NCBI GenBank assembly: GCA_009103225.1
Contig: RHPI01002048.1
Location: 62,001 to 126,000, forward strand
Reading direction: 5' to 3'
DNA from: Chlorokybus atmophyticus
Lineage: Eukaryota; Plantae; Mesostigma and Chlorokybus algae
DNA length: 64,000 nucleotides
The notes beneath the pieces were generated by a model. It was given only the letters and a program-made list of their open reading frames with translations, was not told where the DNA came from and did no database searches. The translations under genes were made by a program, and so were the position numbers. How positions within the stretch are numbered: position 1 is the stretch's first letter; each line of letters begins with the position of its first letter. This document shows positions 1-12,497 of the stretch, piece by piece.

Positions 1-44
1 TGGGTAGATGCGTTTCAATTTGTTTAGGAAGTGAATGCGTGCAG

Positions 45-1821
45 ATTTGTGGCAACGACCGTTTGTTGCTGTTTATCGGCTTGGTGTCGTCGCTCATAGC
101 AACGTTGATTCCACCGCAAGCAGCCTCGTGGGTTTACCCCTCCATGATGGCTGCAGCAGGGTTGACAACATACATCTACTACCGCGCCCGCCCTGAGGCG
201 ATGCCTGATAGTGCCGCAGAGTCAACGGACAAGCACTCCAGGTCAACGGGCATCTCAACTGCGGCTGGTGCAGGTAAGCACATGTATAACAAGGTGTTGC
301 ATCGTTGCATGCCATGCAGTGTGTATGCATCCAGGCACATTGCGTGGCTAGTCATGACTTGCATGCGCATTCACCCTCCTTTGCTGTTGCTTACAACGCT
401 GTGCCTTGCGTCCAGCCTTAATCACTCTTTTCTTCGCCATCTTGGCGGCACTCATCTACGGCCGTGCCAAGGGCTTAGGTGGCCCCTATCTTGCTCTGTT
501 TGAGGCATTCTATCGCATTGGAGGCATTATCTTTGGCGGAGGCCAAGTCATCCTGCCCATGCTGCAAACTGAGGTAAATCCGTCCACCTTAAGTCAACAG
601 TGCCGTTACATTGCGTATGGTTGTACGTTGCAAGCTGTCACCTTCTACGCTGCATATACTCCTCCGCGCCGACCATGCATGTACATCGTGTTGCGTGTCA
701 AGCTTATTGGTGTCAAGGATGTCATGGTTGCAAGCTGGACAATGCACAGGCACAAGGCCACAGCAGCATGTGCCTGTGACAGGTTGTTGACAAGGGCTGG
801 GTGACACAAGACGCGTACCTGAGCGGTCTTGGCCTGGTTCAGGTGAGTCATACTGAGGGCTAGACATTCGCTCTCGTGCAACCAAAGAAGTTACTATAAC
901 TTACATGTCAGATGCTTCATGAGCAGCCATACTGTATTGACAAGCCATGGTGGCGCTGTCGTAGGCTCTTCCTGGTCCTCTGTTCAACATCTCTGCATAC
1001 CTTGGCGCCATCTACAAGGGTGTCACAGGCGGCTTTCTGGCATATGTAGCCATATTCCTGCCGGGCGTGCTGCTCATCCTGGCGCTGCTACCTTTCTGGG
1101 AGCGCTTCCGCTCAGCTACAGTAAGCATTGTTGAATGGAACATGCAGTCTTCGTGACAGCTGCTGCAATAAATGTTCAATTGAAGATCCATTCCACAATT
1201 GGCATTTGCGCGTGCATGTGATGCCATTAGCAACACGTGTTAAGCCTCGTACTGTAGTGACAGCTGCATAGTTGTTAATCACAGTCATGCAGGTTTGACT
1301 GAGTGCGAACGCCGCACCTGTGTTGGACCATGACTCACTCAGCTTGTATGTGACATGGCGCGTATGCAGGTTGTGCGCACTGGGTTTGCCGGCATCAACG
1401 CTGCGGCAATTGGCCTGGTAGTTGCCGCCGTGCTCATCTTATGGCAGGTAAGAACAACAACTACATATGACAACATGTCTTGTTATTGGACAGCAGCCCG
1501 GTACTGTTACCATTGTCATTTCCTCGTGCAGTGTTGCAGCAATATACCCCACTTGCCGTCAACACAGCTTCATTGATGAGTATCGTTACATTGTTTGCTT
1601 GATGCCATTGCTCGCAGTTTGCTGTGCACAACCTTGCGAATGCTTCGGTGGCGCTTCTGACTGGTGCGCTGGTGCTTTTCTTCAATGTTCCGGCGCCTGT
1701 GGGCATCATTGTTGGCGGCTTGTTTGGCTGGGGACTGTATCGGGAAGACGTGGGTGGGCGGTATTGCTACTTGGCACACTATGCGGCTAAGCATGCGGCT
1801 GAGTGCCTCATTAAGGTCTAA
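45..1821 (+). CDS. Chromate ion transporter (CHR family), multi-exon, 5' part outside the window
   Basis: Spliced exons give LFEAFYRIGGIIFGGGQVILPMLQTE|VVDKGWVTQDAYLSGLGLVQ|ALPGPLFNISAYLGA...AIFLPGVLLILALLPFWERFR|VVRTGFAGINAAAIGLVVAA. These are the CHR C-terminal domain motifs (G..FGGG.V.LP, A.PGP.F, IFLP). Canonical GT-AG introns; stop TAA at 1819-1821. Confidence 0.92.
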
Positions 1822-3614
1822 GTCACATACACATGTAGTTCGTTGCTAGAAATTCAAGGCTTAGGAGTCTATTTATTTATTATTGTGTTTGATTATCATT
1901 GGAGCAAGCGCAGAAACAAGCATGGGCAGTTGTAGTTGTTGCTGCTGATTGCCATGTAAAGCGCATGGAGGTCTCGGATAGCACGGTTTGTAAGGGGGTT
2001 GGCTCTGGCATTGTCTCCTTATCATCTTCCAGGGCCAACCCATCTGCGGTTGTATGCACAACCATTACTCCAGCTATTTGGACTACCCAGTACAGCAGAG
2101 TCTGGTGGGTGCGCTACTTCAACACAATCTAGTAGGGTAGGATCGCCCGCCACAGCATCATGACACAAACATTCTGCTTCTCGTATTTTGTACAATGTGT
2201 TGGTGTCTAGCACGAGGTAATATACTGACACTGACCAACCACAACTGCCATTGATGTGGCGGTGTAACTAAAGACATGCAACCAGTCCCCTTCTCAACGC
2301 CATCTGGTGCAGTATTATGGCACGGGTTTGTAGCCTAGACTGGCACGACAGTCTTACCGACAACCCTTTGAGGAACACATGCACAAGGCTTGAGCGCAGG
2401 CACCATGATGCTGCAGGACTGTCAAACCCAACGAACAAGCACCTCTCGTTTGTACTCTAGAACACAACTGCATTCGGTACTACGCCAGTGCTCATCACCT
2501 GTCATCCAAAAGGTTGGCTTTCCTTGGGAAAGCCACTGGAAAGCAGCTGAACGACGCCAAGCTATTTGATGGTGTCAGGTAACAATCACAATGATGCGTC
2601 CCCCCAGCGCACACAAGGCGAAGTGCACAGCGTCGGCACAGCCAAAGGGAGTGCGTCTGTCGCATGCAGATGCGAAACCCTAACAGATTGACGCAGTCGC
2701 GACAGGGCGACCGACGGAGTGGTGGGTGGAGGCGGTGATGCGGGCGGCGGAGGAGGGGGAGTCCGTGGAGTCTGCTCAGACTGCTGACGGCGCAAGGATT
2801 GGGCCACTAACTAATGGCCGTGGTGCAGGTAACTACCATGTCAAGCTGTGCATGCATGTCTACCGGGGAGGGCTAGTAGATATAGGGTAGTGCAGTAGAT
2901 GTTAGCCCGGTGGTCATTACTTGGTGAGGTATGTAGTAATATGCATGCTATGTTGCACTGGTGTGCATATAGCACGGTGTGGTGTGTACACAACAGCACG
3001 TCCTATATCCTGTACACAGCACGGCTTACACGCATGCATTGGATGTGTACAGCAAGTGCGCAAGGGAGATGTGATGCCAAGCATGGTATTAAAATAAATG
3101 ACAGTGTATAGGCTTATGTAGCCCAGATGTGAAGCGATAGCAGACATATGGCAGTATAACTAGCTTGATGAAGTGATCCTCGACTTTTGAGTGTGCATGC
3201 CTCACCCGCCAACATCACATGTGCCCCAATGAGCTGTTTGCAGCTACTTGAAACACAGATCTTTCAGCATAGCTAGTTACTCGCAGAGTAACATGTCCTC
3301 AGTATACTTATGCACCGCAAGTACTATGAAGGCGCCTGCGTACCCATCCACGGCGGCGGCTGGTGCGGCTGGTACAGTTCTCGTACATCAACCAGAGGTA
3401 TGGCTTTCTTGGCTTTATCTCGCGTCATGCGTGCCTGCATGAGCCTTGATAACTGGTCCCGCATCTGCGCCTCCTACAGAAAACCATGAACACATCTGAT
3501 TGACAGTGCATCCAAGCATGTGTCATCTGTCACCTGTCTGTCCCAACAAGTTCATTGACATACTGTTGCCAGCTTACCGTGCTATAATCCTGGGCCCTGA
3601 CTGCGGTATCATGC

Positions 3615-5052
3615 TTAATTTGCACCTTGGCTATGTCTTCCTGCAAATTGTAAGCAGCGAGCATTAGCAAACCCAAACACGGTGGCACAGATAACTCCAA
3701 GTCCCATGGCGACCTTCCTTACATTAAGTTCAAAACTCTGTCTTTCATGGCGCTTCACAAGGGACTTCTGCATAGTCACCTGACGAGTGTGTGCAATTGT
3801 GTCACACGAGATAGCAGCACACAGTGCTGGACACGTAGGAGGCCTTTTGTGAATGCTTACCAGATCAAGTGGGCGATGCGCTCCATCTGCAATCCGAGAC
3901 TGCAGTTGGTTAACGTGCTCTGCCGTCAATGGCTCGTCGGATATCATGCCCATCCCCAACAACAGCTGTTGTTACACATGGCCACAAAGTAAGCACAGCA
4001 TAACCGTACGTCACCTCTACAGCTACACATGCAACAGTGGCAGAATGCGCAGCTGCACGCAGAGTATTTTGATACAGATACATGCGGGTGACTTATGCAG
4101 CCAATCAGGAACAAATTGTCCACAGATCACAACTTGAGCGTTGTAAGCGATGGGATTTTCAACTACACAAATGCATTGCTAGTACTTCAGCCAGCTTACC
4201 CTCTGTCCATCCGCACAGATCAGCTCCCTTCCCAGGCGTGCGTTACCAACAGCTTGTACCTGCAATGGCAACAACACAGGTAAGAGTCAAACAAGTCGTT
4301 CTCATGCCTCTGAAGCTGCGTACCTGTGCGAGTTGGTTGTGGTCTTTGGACAAGACTATCGCACCAATCACAATATCATCAAACAGAGTATCTCTGCACA
4401 CCAGCGCATGGAGGCAGAATGAGTGTAAGATGCATAGCAGTTGCCGCTGTCCTTGAAGCAAGCTGTTACATAAAAAAAATCAAGGCCCACCTCTTTGGAA
4501 TGGCCTTGTCCCAGCGGCTGAGATCCGCCTTCAGCAAGCGAGCCGTTGTCAAATTCCAGATGTGGCATGCCGCAATGGTGTGCATTGGATGCATCAGCTG
4601 CAATTGGACTCGCTTTGAAGCCTCTCTGTGCAGCCATGGCAAGGTGATTGACAAGGCCACTTGTTGTGGTCAATATCATGTGTCCACACTAGCAGTATGT
4701 ATGTTACCTTTGCTCAGTAGACAGGACCTCAACAGCTTTGCCCAGCGTGGTGACCAAGCCAGACAGTTGCAAAGAGAACTGCCGAATCAATTCTTCTGAG
4801 GCGTGGGAAGCAGAAGCGTTATTGGCTTGCTGGGTTTGTGCAGCTGGAGTACTAGAGCTGGGAATTGGCAGCTGCACAGCAACTAGGGTCAGAGCACACA
4901 GAAAACCAGCAGCTTCCCGACTGTTGTGCAAGTGCGCTAGTGTTGGACCTCACTTGCACACTGGTGGGCGCTCCAGGCTGCACGTCAAGTGCAGTGGCGC
5001 GCGGTGCAGCTGTCAGTGCCGTTAATGTGGTTTGCTTATTGTCCTGCAGCAA
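3615..5052 (-). CDS. Hypothetical multi-exon protein with a C-terminal hydrophobic segment
   Basis: Phase-compatible GT-AG exons (…ARLLKADLSRWDKAIPKR|DTLFDDIVIGAIVLSKDHNQLAQ|VQAVGNARLGRELICADGQR|LLGMGMISDEPL…|…VAMGLGVICATVFGF…*). No family recognised; start codon uncertain. Confidence 0.5.
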
Positions 5053-5327
5053 TCAACACTTAGAGACGGTTGAACATACATGACCCGTGCATCAAGACAG
5101 CTAAATAGACGGCACCCATACTTTGGCAAAAGGAGCTGATGGCAGCTGTTGGGTTGGGCTAGGGCGCGGGCCACTTCCCGCCATTGCATTTTGCGCAAAG
5201 CCTGGAGGTGAACCCTGCGTGGGTCATGCGATCAGTTGAGCTGCATTGTCGTTTGCGCCTTATGAATAATTCGGATCTTAAACAGTACTGACACGTACAG
5301 GTTTGGCTGGCACTTCTTGCTGCCTTC

Positions 5328-8038
5328 TCACGCCCTGCTCTTCAACCACGATAGGCGCAGTGCTGGGAGCCGCGTGCTTGTCCGCTTGCTGAGGGACAGG
5401 CTTGATTTAGGCTCAAGCCAAGCTTTCTGGGGAAACGATATGCAACAATGATGACTGGTAACAGCTGGACGGGTTAATCGTACATACTTTGGAGGGGTTT
5501 GGATGTTCATTCTCAATAGCAGGCGCAGCCTGAATGCCTGTCCCGCTTGTCCTCTTCGGCATACCCTTTCGGCGATTCCTGCTATCCCCGTCTGACATCA
5601 GCAATGCAATATGCATGTAATACCCGGAAACACCGTGCAGCATGCAAAGCAGGCATGCTCATGTGTATATCGTGCACAATTTGGCTCCAGATGGATCAAC
5701 AATACATGGCTGATACCAAGTCGTGGTTGTTACAACGTGTGCACCTACCTGGCCCCTTGCGCTGTGTCCTCAGCATCCACATGGTTGTTGATGTCTCTAC
5801 CTTGCGATGTCTGCTTGACGCTCCCGGTGAGGTTTTGCATGAATTGAACTGGAAAAGCTGCAAAAGTGCTTTTGCCTTGCGCGCTGGTCATGTTTGTGAC
5901 ATCCCCTGATAGACACCTGCAACAGGGTGGAGTCAGGGGTGTATGGATTAGAAGAGAGTGAACAGCTGCGGTATTGCACAATCTGCACAGTATGTTGTAC
6001 TATACACAGACACGTACCTGTCAATCACAAGCGTGACCTGCTCTGCATTTGCAGGGAAATCTGCATCATCATCACTAGCCAAATCAACAGGTGCATCCAA
6101 GCTGCCCGCACCAGCCGCTGGTAGAGGTGGAGAGCCCAATGCATCAGGCCACTTCACTGGCGAGACAGCTGCATTGCACAAGAAACTCAGCACTTGAAAT
6201 CATGCCTATCCCATGCTGATGTTCTGTGTACACACCTCGAGCAGAATCGGATCGGCTCTCCTTTTGCGCGGCTGGCGTTGGTCGCTTGGCTGGAGGCGCT
6301 TCAACTACTGGCCCACCAGTCATTGCTTTTATTCCATCAGATCTTTCGGATGGGCGTTTCAACGGAGGTGCTGTTTGCACGGGGACAGCTGGGACAGCTG
6401 GCGCAGCCTCCTCTACCCAACCATCTCCTCGCGGTGCAGTGAAGGAGCTCTTGTCCAGCTCTGCGCGGACTGCTTGCAGCAGTTCTTGTAACACAGGCGG
6501 CTTGGATTGCCATACATCGCCCTGCACATACTCCAATCCAGGGCGAATGTAGTTCGCCTTTGTGTACAGCAGATTGTCACCCGTCTCTGTGGCCGACATG
6601 CGTTGCATCAGTGTCACGCCATGTCAACGCAGCCAAAGCGCTGGGTGACAGCTATTTATACCTGGGAACCTGACAGTGATCTCTTCACCATCATGCTTGC
6701 AAATGAAGCCTTCCCACCATCCGTCCTGGTATGCACATTCGACCCAGTCCCCATACTTGTACTGGTCCAGTGGCTGTATCGTTGCACGCTCTGGATATGG
6801 TGGTCTTACACGGCCTGTGGATGCAAGCATGGCGACCTTAAGCCTTGGACGAAAGCCCACCTCATGCATGCTGCACTTGAGACACAACTGTTACGCTCAT
6901 GTCAAGTACTCTCTCAAACTTGCATTGGACGCAACACAACTCTGCAGGAGAGGCAGAGGGGAAGGGGGAGGGNNNNNNNNNNNNNNNNNNNNNNNNNNNN
7001 NNNNNNNNNNNNNNNNNNNNNNNNNNNNNNNNNNNNNNNNNNNNNNNNNNNNNNNNNNNNNNNNNNNNNNNNNNNNNNNNNNNNNNNNNNNNNNNNNNNN
7101 NNNNNNNNNNNNNNNNNNNNNNNNNNNNNNNNNNNNNNNNNNNNNNNNNNNNNNNNNNNNNNNNNNNNNNNNNNNNNNNNNNNNNNNNNNNNNNNNNNNN
7201 NNNNNNNNNNNNNNNNNNNNNNNNNNNNNNNNNNNNNNNNNNNNNNNNNNNNNNNNNNNNNNNNNNNNNNNNNNNNNNNNNNNNNNNNNNNNNNNNNNNN
7301 NNCTCTCTGGGGGGGGGCCGAGGGGCAATGGACAGTCTGAACAGCTTACATAGTTGCATCTCTGTCGACAACCGTCACATGCATTCCAATCAGAGAACGT
7401 AACAATGAAACAAAAAGGGCGTTATCGGAATGACTAGCGTTTCTGGCTTTGTGCGTCAGACAACCGTGAGCGCCCAGAAAAGTTGCCATTGTCTGTGTGC
7501 ATAAAAGCATGCACGAGCAGCTTCCCAAAAAGGCTCACCTTGATCAACAGAGATGTCTTCAATCAGTGACTGGCCATGGTCATCCGTTAACTGCGAGGAA
7601 AGTCATGACACTTAGCTGCAAACAAGGGTCACACCAACCATGCACACAGCATTCATTGCTACTTGAGCTCCATTGGCACTCAAAGCTGGTCACGCCAATA
7701 TCAGCTGTGCAGTGCATGCATGCAACTCTCTCACACTCTCTCACAAACCTCAAGGTGTTGAATATTCCAGACAAGACGATTGTTCTTTTTCTTCTGCCCG
7801 CGCACCACCACAGGGTACCAGCTGCCCTGAAGGCCTTCGTCGTCGCCCCAAAGCTCCGCCTTCGCACCATCAGCCAGCTTCGGCGCACACGACAGCTTCA
7901 TCCATAGTTTACTTGCTGAGCCTCGCTTGCCGGCTCCTTTGACCATACTGACAGGCAAATATGTCGCAACACAGTGCGTCCGCCTCTAGTAACCACTTAC
8001 TCCCGTGAAGCCCTGAGGTAATAACGCACAGCCAGCAT
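5328..8038 (-). CDS. Agenet (plant Tudor-like) domain protein, interrupted by an assembly gap
   Basis: GAKAELWGDDEGLQGSWYPVVV (7780-7850) and YKYGDWVECAYQDGWWEGFICKHDGEEITVRFPG (6660-6770) match tandem Agenet repeat motifs (VE...eG..gsW; G.WW.G). The C-terminal exons and both ends are uncertain. Confidence 0.7.
6973..7302. other. Assembly gap (N run) flanked by G/purine-rich sequence
   Basis: Run of N seen directly. Confidence 0.99.
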
Positions 8039-9460
8039 TGTCGTTCTCTAAAGTGTCCGGCGAACGCTTATTCTGCCTGCAACACAGTGCTCGATCAACA
8101 CGGGGTTGAGTACAGTGCACCAACTAAACAAGGTAGAGGTAAAGGTAAAGTAGAAGTCGTTCGACAAGCTCATTGCTTGCACAACGCACGTCCAAGCACT
8201 GCCTAGCTTGCATTCGTTGTGCCTTGCGCAGCCAATGCAAGCTGGGAAATAATGAAAACAAAGCTGCTCTCAGAAATGCTACGACAGAGCACAATGCAGA
8301 GAGCAGTGGTGACGACGACAGACATCTACTCTAGTAAAGGCGTCTGTTTGCCGCAGCTGCCGCATTGCTGCTCTGACCGCTGTACCGCAGACCTCAAGCA
8401 ACCTCAACGACCTTCACATGCTTGCAAGAGCTTGTACTAGCAACGGCTACAAGGAGTGCAAGTAGCGGCGCATAATAAGCAGTCCGCAAGCAGGCAACAA
8501 TAAAATTCTCGCACCAAGAACAGCCCCAGCAGCGCCCCTGCAGGCTTCTATGAGGAGCGGGCACAGCTAAGAAAGAGAAAAATTCAGAAAGGCGGGAAAC
8601 GCCTTGCCGCTGCAGCTGACGGCTTGCTGCGTCCTCCACCCCCGCCTCCGCCGTCACCGCCACCCTCACCCTCACCCCTGCCCCTGCCCCCGCCGTCACC
8701 TTCACCTTCACCTTCACCGCCACCGCCTACTTTTCCCGCCCGCGCAGCTCTACCCCAACGCAATGGAAAGCAGCAGCTGAGCTCACAGCAGCTGCTTTCC
8801 ATTGCTCAGCCTGAGCCAAGCCACTGCTGCTGACAACGCTTCGTCTCACGTCAGTCATTGCATTTCAGCTGACAGATTCAGCTGAAAGGGTGAGAGAGAG
8901 AGAGAGGGAGAGCCTGTCTGTGCTGCTGCGGAGGAGGCGGCGAGGTCGTCGTCGTCGTCGTGAACGTCGTTGCTGCTGGCCTTGTTGTCGTGGAGAGTGG
9001 TGAAGAAGTGTGGTCAGTCGGGGCAGGCTCAGTTGCAGCGATGTACAGCAGGGCGGGCAGCTTTGGGGGGGCTGAGGTGAGGGGGCTGTAGGTGGTTAGG
9101 TGGCCCGCTGCTATGCCAGGCCAGACCAGGCCAGGCTAGGCATGCAGCGTGGTTTGCGTGATACGAACGCGAATGAAACGTTGTAGTGCATGCAACTTTG
9201 CTGTTGGTCAGTGCGTTACTGCCCGGAATGCTAGCTGCTGTGCCATGTCTGGAAGTCTCAGGTCTGTCTGGTTGCTTTGCGATTGCAAACACTGGCTGCT
9301 TTCGTCGTTTGACTTCAAACCAACATGCTCCTATGGGATGAGTGCCTAAGTGACGTGCATGGGGGTCAAAGACTGCATGAGTGAAGCGTGTGCACTTTCA
9401 TGCACGGCAATTGGTACACATTCCGACAGAGTATGCATAACACATTCTTTCGTCTTGTAG

Positions 9461-12400
9461 ACTCCACATCAGCGTGTGGCCGAGGCAGTCAACGCGTGCC
9501 CGCTGTTCGACCACCATTGCCATCCCATTCTCAACAACGGGTCCACGCACGCCGTGCCGTTCATATCGTGCTTCTCCGAAGCAAGCGGAGAGGCCCTCTC
9601 TGATGTACCTCATGTGTTGGCCTTCAAGGTATGTATGTCACATGTGATTTGCTGAACAAATTGTGCCAATGTGCGATTGCGCGTGCGTGCTTGAGTGCGC
9701 GGGCTCGCGCGCACAGGCATGCATGTGTCTGTGTCTGTGTCTGCATGCATTATGTCTAACATGTCGATGACAATCACACTGCATTGTTGGGCTTGCGTGC
9801 TCCATGCAATTGTTGACTGTTTGCGTTGTGGGTGTCTTGCAGCGGAGTCTATGGGAGCTTGCTGCATTGCTGGGATGCGGGCCATCCCTTGACAACATTG
9901 AGCGGCAGCGTGCAACTATGGGTCCTGAGGAGGTGGCGCGGCTGTGCTTCAAGAAGAGCAACATAGAGGCCGTGCTGCTGGATGATGGCATACGCATTGC
10001 CCAGGTAGATTTGCTTGTGTATGTCAATAGCATTGGTGATGGCAATGCATATTGAACACGCGTAAACTGTGTTTGCTAAGTGTCTGGGTGTCTATCAGGG
10101 ACACAACCTGGACATGGATTGGCATCGCAACCACATCAAAGTTGTGCGTCGAGTGCTGCGTATAGAGACGGTAGCCGAAGACATATTACAGGTATGGCAT
10201 TTATGACCAGCATGTCAGCTTGTTCTCAAACAGCATCTCACAGTGTCGACTTTCATGCTCTTGCACACATTGCCACAAACATCTTAACAGCATCTGATGT
10301 GCTCTTGCAGACGCTTCTCGCTGCTCAGTCGACCGTCACAATTGACGAGTTTGACGCGCACTTTCTCTCCCAGATTGACCCGTATCCTCTGCGTGTGTTC
10401 GCCATGCTTCGCGTCATGTCATTGGTTGATTCAATGTCATGTTTTGTGTTGATGCTTTTGCATGCCTTGACTTATACACAGCCTCCCAGAAGACGTTGCC
10501 GCGTTCAAGAGCGTTGCCGCTTACCGCAGTGGCCTGGCTATTGATCCGTTCCCGGACAACGAGGAAGTAGGTCGCGCGCTGCAGTCAACAATCAAAGGCA
10601 CGTGCGGCTGCATGCACAACGTGTTGCGTACATGCGTGCGTGCGACCAGTGTCCATTTGACATTCATCTTATTGTTCCGCACAACACAAAGCTCAAGTAG
10701 TTGCAAAGCAGTCTTCTGTTAAAAAGAGTTGGGATTGTCATCAGCATGCATGGATTGAGTGTAGATGAGTTTATAGCTGTAGTTGATGCTGTTTGATGTC
10801 CTGCTTTCTTGCTACTTCTTTTAATTTTGCAAGAATGACATGCTGAACGCTTATAATGTTGTTACAGCTGCTGGCGCCAATGACGGCAATGTCCACATTC
10901 AGGACAAAGCTCTAGTCGACCACATTTTCCTCCTGGCGCTCATGGTGTCTGTAAAGCATGGCATCCCCATGCAGCTGCACACTGGGTGAGTGGGCTTGCC
11001 GTTGCCTGTTTCTTCAATAAAGCAAGAAGCTTCACAGCCAAATGCTTGTGACTACGCACACACTGGCATGTGTGCCTTTGTCTGTGTGTGTGTGTGCGCA
11101 CTTGCGCATGCGCATGTGCATGTGTAATCGCATGCGTGCTTGCGTGTTCGTGTGTGCGTGGTATGTTGGTGACGGTTGTTGACAAATATTGACAGGTTTG
11201 GCGATAAGGATCTGGATTTGCTGCTAGCAAACCCGCTGCATCTGCGCCCCGTGCTGGAAGACCCGCGCTTTCTGCAGGCTTGTTTGGTACTGCTCCACGC
11301 TGGCTACCCGTACGTTCGCGAATCCGGCTACCTTTGCTCAGTTTACAAGCAGGTGCCAATGTAACCTCCAACTGTTGCGCGTGCACCAACACGAGGCAGT
11401 GGTGTCAAGCAGCGTCTTCATTACAGGTCATCGTGGACGCGGGACTTGCCATACCTCTGCTGAGCGTAGCAGGCATGCGGCGTGTGCTGCAAGAACTGTT
11501 AGAGCTGGCACCTACCAACAAGGTTTGTGAGAATGCCCAAGGTGGTTGCAGTTAGTTTACAGGACGAATGCACTTGTGTTTCAAATGATTATGCTGTGTC
11601 CTCAGTTGTTGCTGAGCACGGATGGTCACTTCTTCCCTGAAAGCTTCTACATGGGTGCCATCTGGGCGCGAGCTGCTTTGTTGCGTGTGCTGTACGAAGC
11701 GTGTGATGATGGCGATCTCACTGGTACGCTTTAGCCCTAGTCGAAGGAAACCCACCAGTTGCTGAGGTTGTGCATGGCTGTTGTCAACTTGTCTGTCTTT
11801 AGAGGAACAAGCTGCTGAAGTGGGCGTGGCGATGTTATGTGGCAATGCCAGGCGCATCTATGGAAGACCAGGCCAGCTATCACCGGCAGGTATGCACGCA
11901 GGCACTGGTAACATGGGTTTTCTTGTTTATCACTCTAGTTGCCACGTGAGTCATGACATGCGTGTTTGTGACAGGCGAGGTCAAAGATGATGACTTGGTC
12001 GCGATTTGCTACGGGTCGAGTCCCCCCGCAGGTGCAGGTTGCTTACGTTTTGGTGCAAAGCAACTTTGCCATAACATTCAACGTCTTGTGAATTCTACTG
12101 CAACCAAACTGCATGGGGCAGTTCATAGCTGTTGTGCACCAACAGCATGCGACATGCCTGCACATGGCGTTGGTTTGAGCTTGTGTGTTGAGGTTGTTGC
12201 ATGCAACAGTGAAGTAACCCCCATTTGTACAGAGAGGGAATCGCCACGGCCTCGCGACTTGCGCTTGTTGACAAGGATCAGCTCTGCATCTCACAAGCTG
12301 CCTCGACAGCGCTCGGGCAACATAACTCCCCGGTAAGCAAATGTCAACGGCATCCACTTGTTGCTGTGCACATGTTGGACACCTGCTTCTCCTTCTGTAC

Positions 12401-12497
12401 CCATCAACCATTTTGTGCTATTGTTGTATGTGCACTCTGCAGGGGCTCTGCTCCGGCGCCAACTTCTTCCAATGTGCGCACGGTCGCTAACGGATGA
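9461..12497 (+). CDS. Amidohydrolase (FluG/NodGS N-terminal-domain type) with no glutamine synthetase domain; first exon not located
   Basis: DHHCHP metal motif, [93 protein letters not shown] follow the order of the plant NodGS amidohydrolase domain. Three phase-compatible tail exons end at TGA 12495-12497. Confidence 0.88.

Noticed and set aside
1873-2830. Possible minus-strand gene between the CHR gene and 2.8 kb
   Set aside because: Short ORFs, a Pro-rich stretch and a telo-box are present, but I could not assemble phase-compatible exons or recognise a domain.
6507-7402. Long ORFs in the track spanning N runs (also 28408-29210 and 38487-38940)
   Set aside because: Artefacts of undetermined bases.
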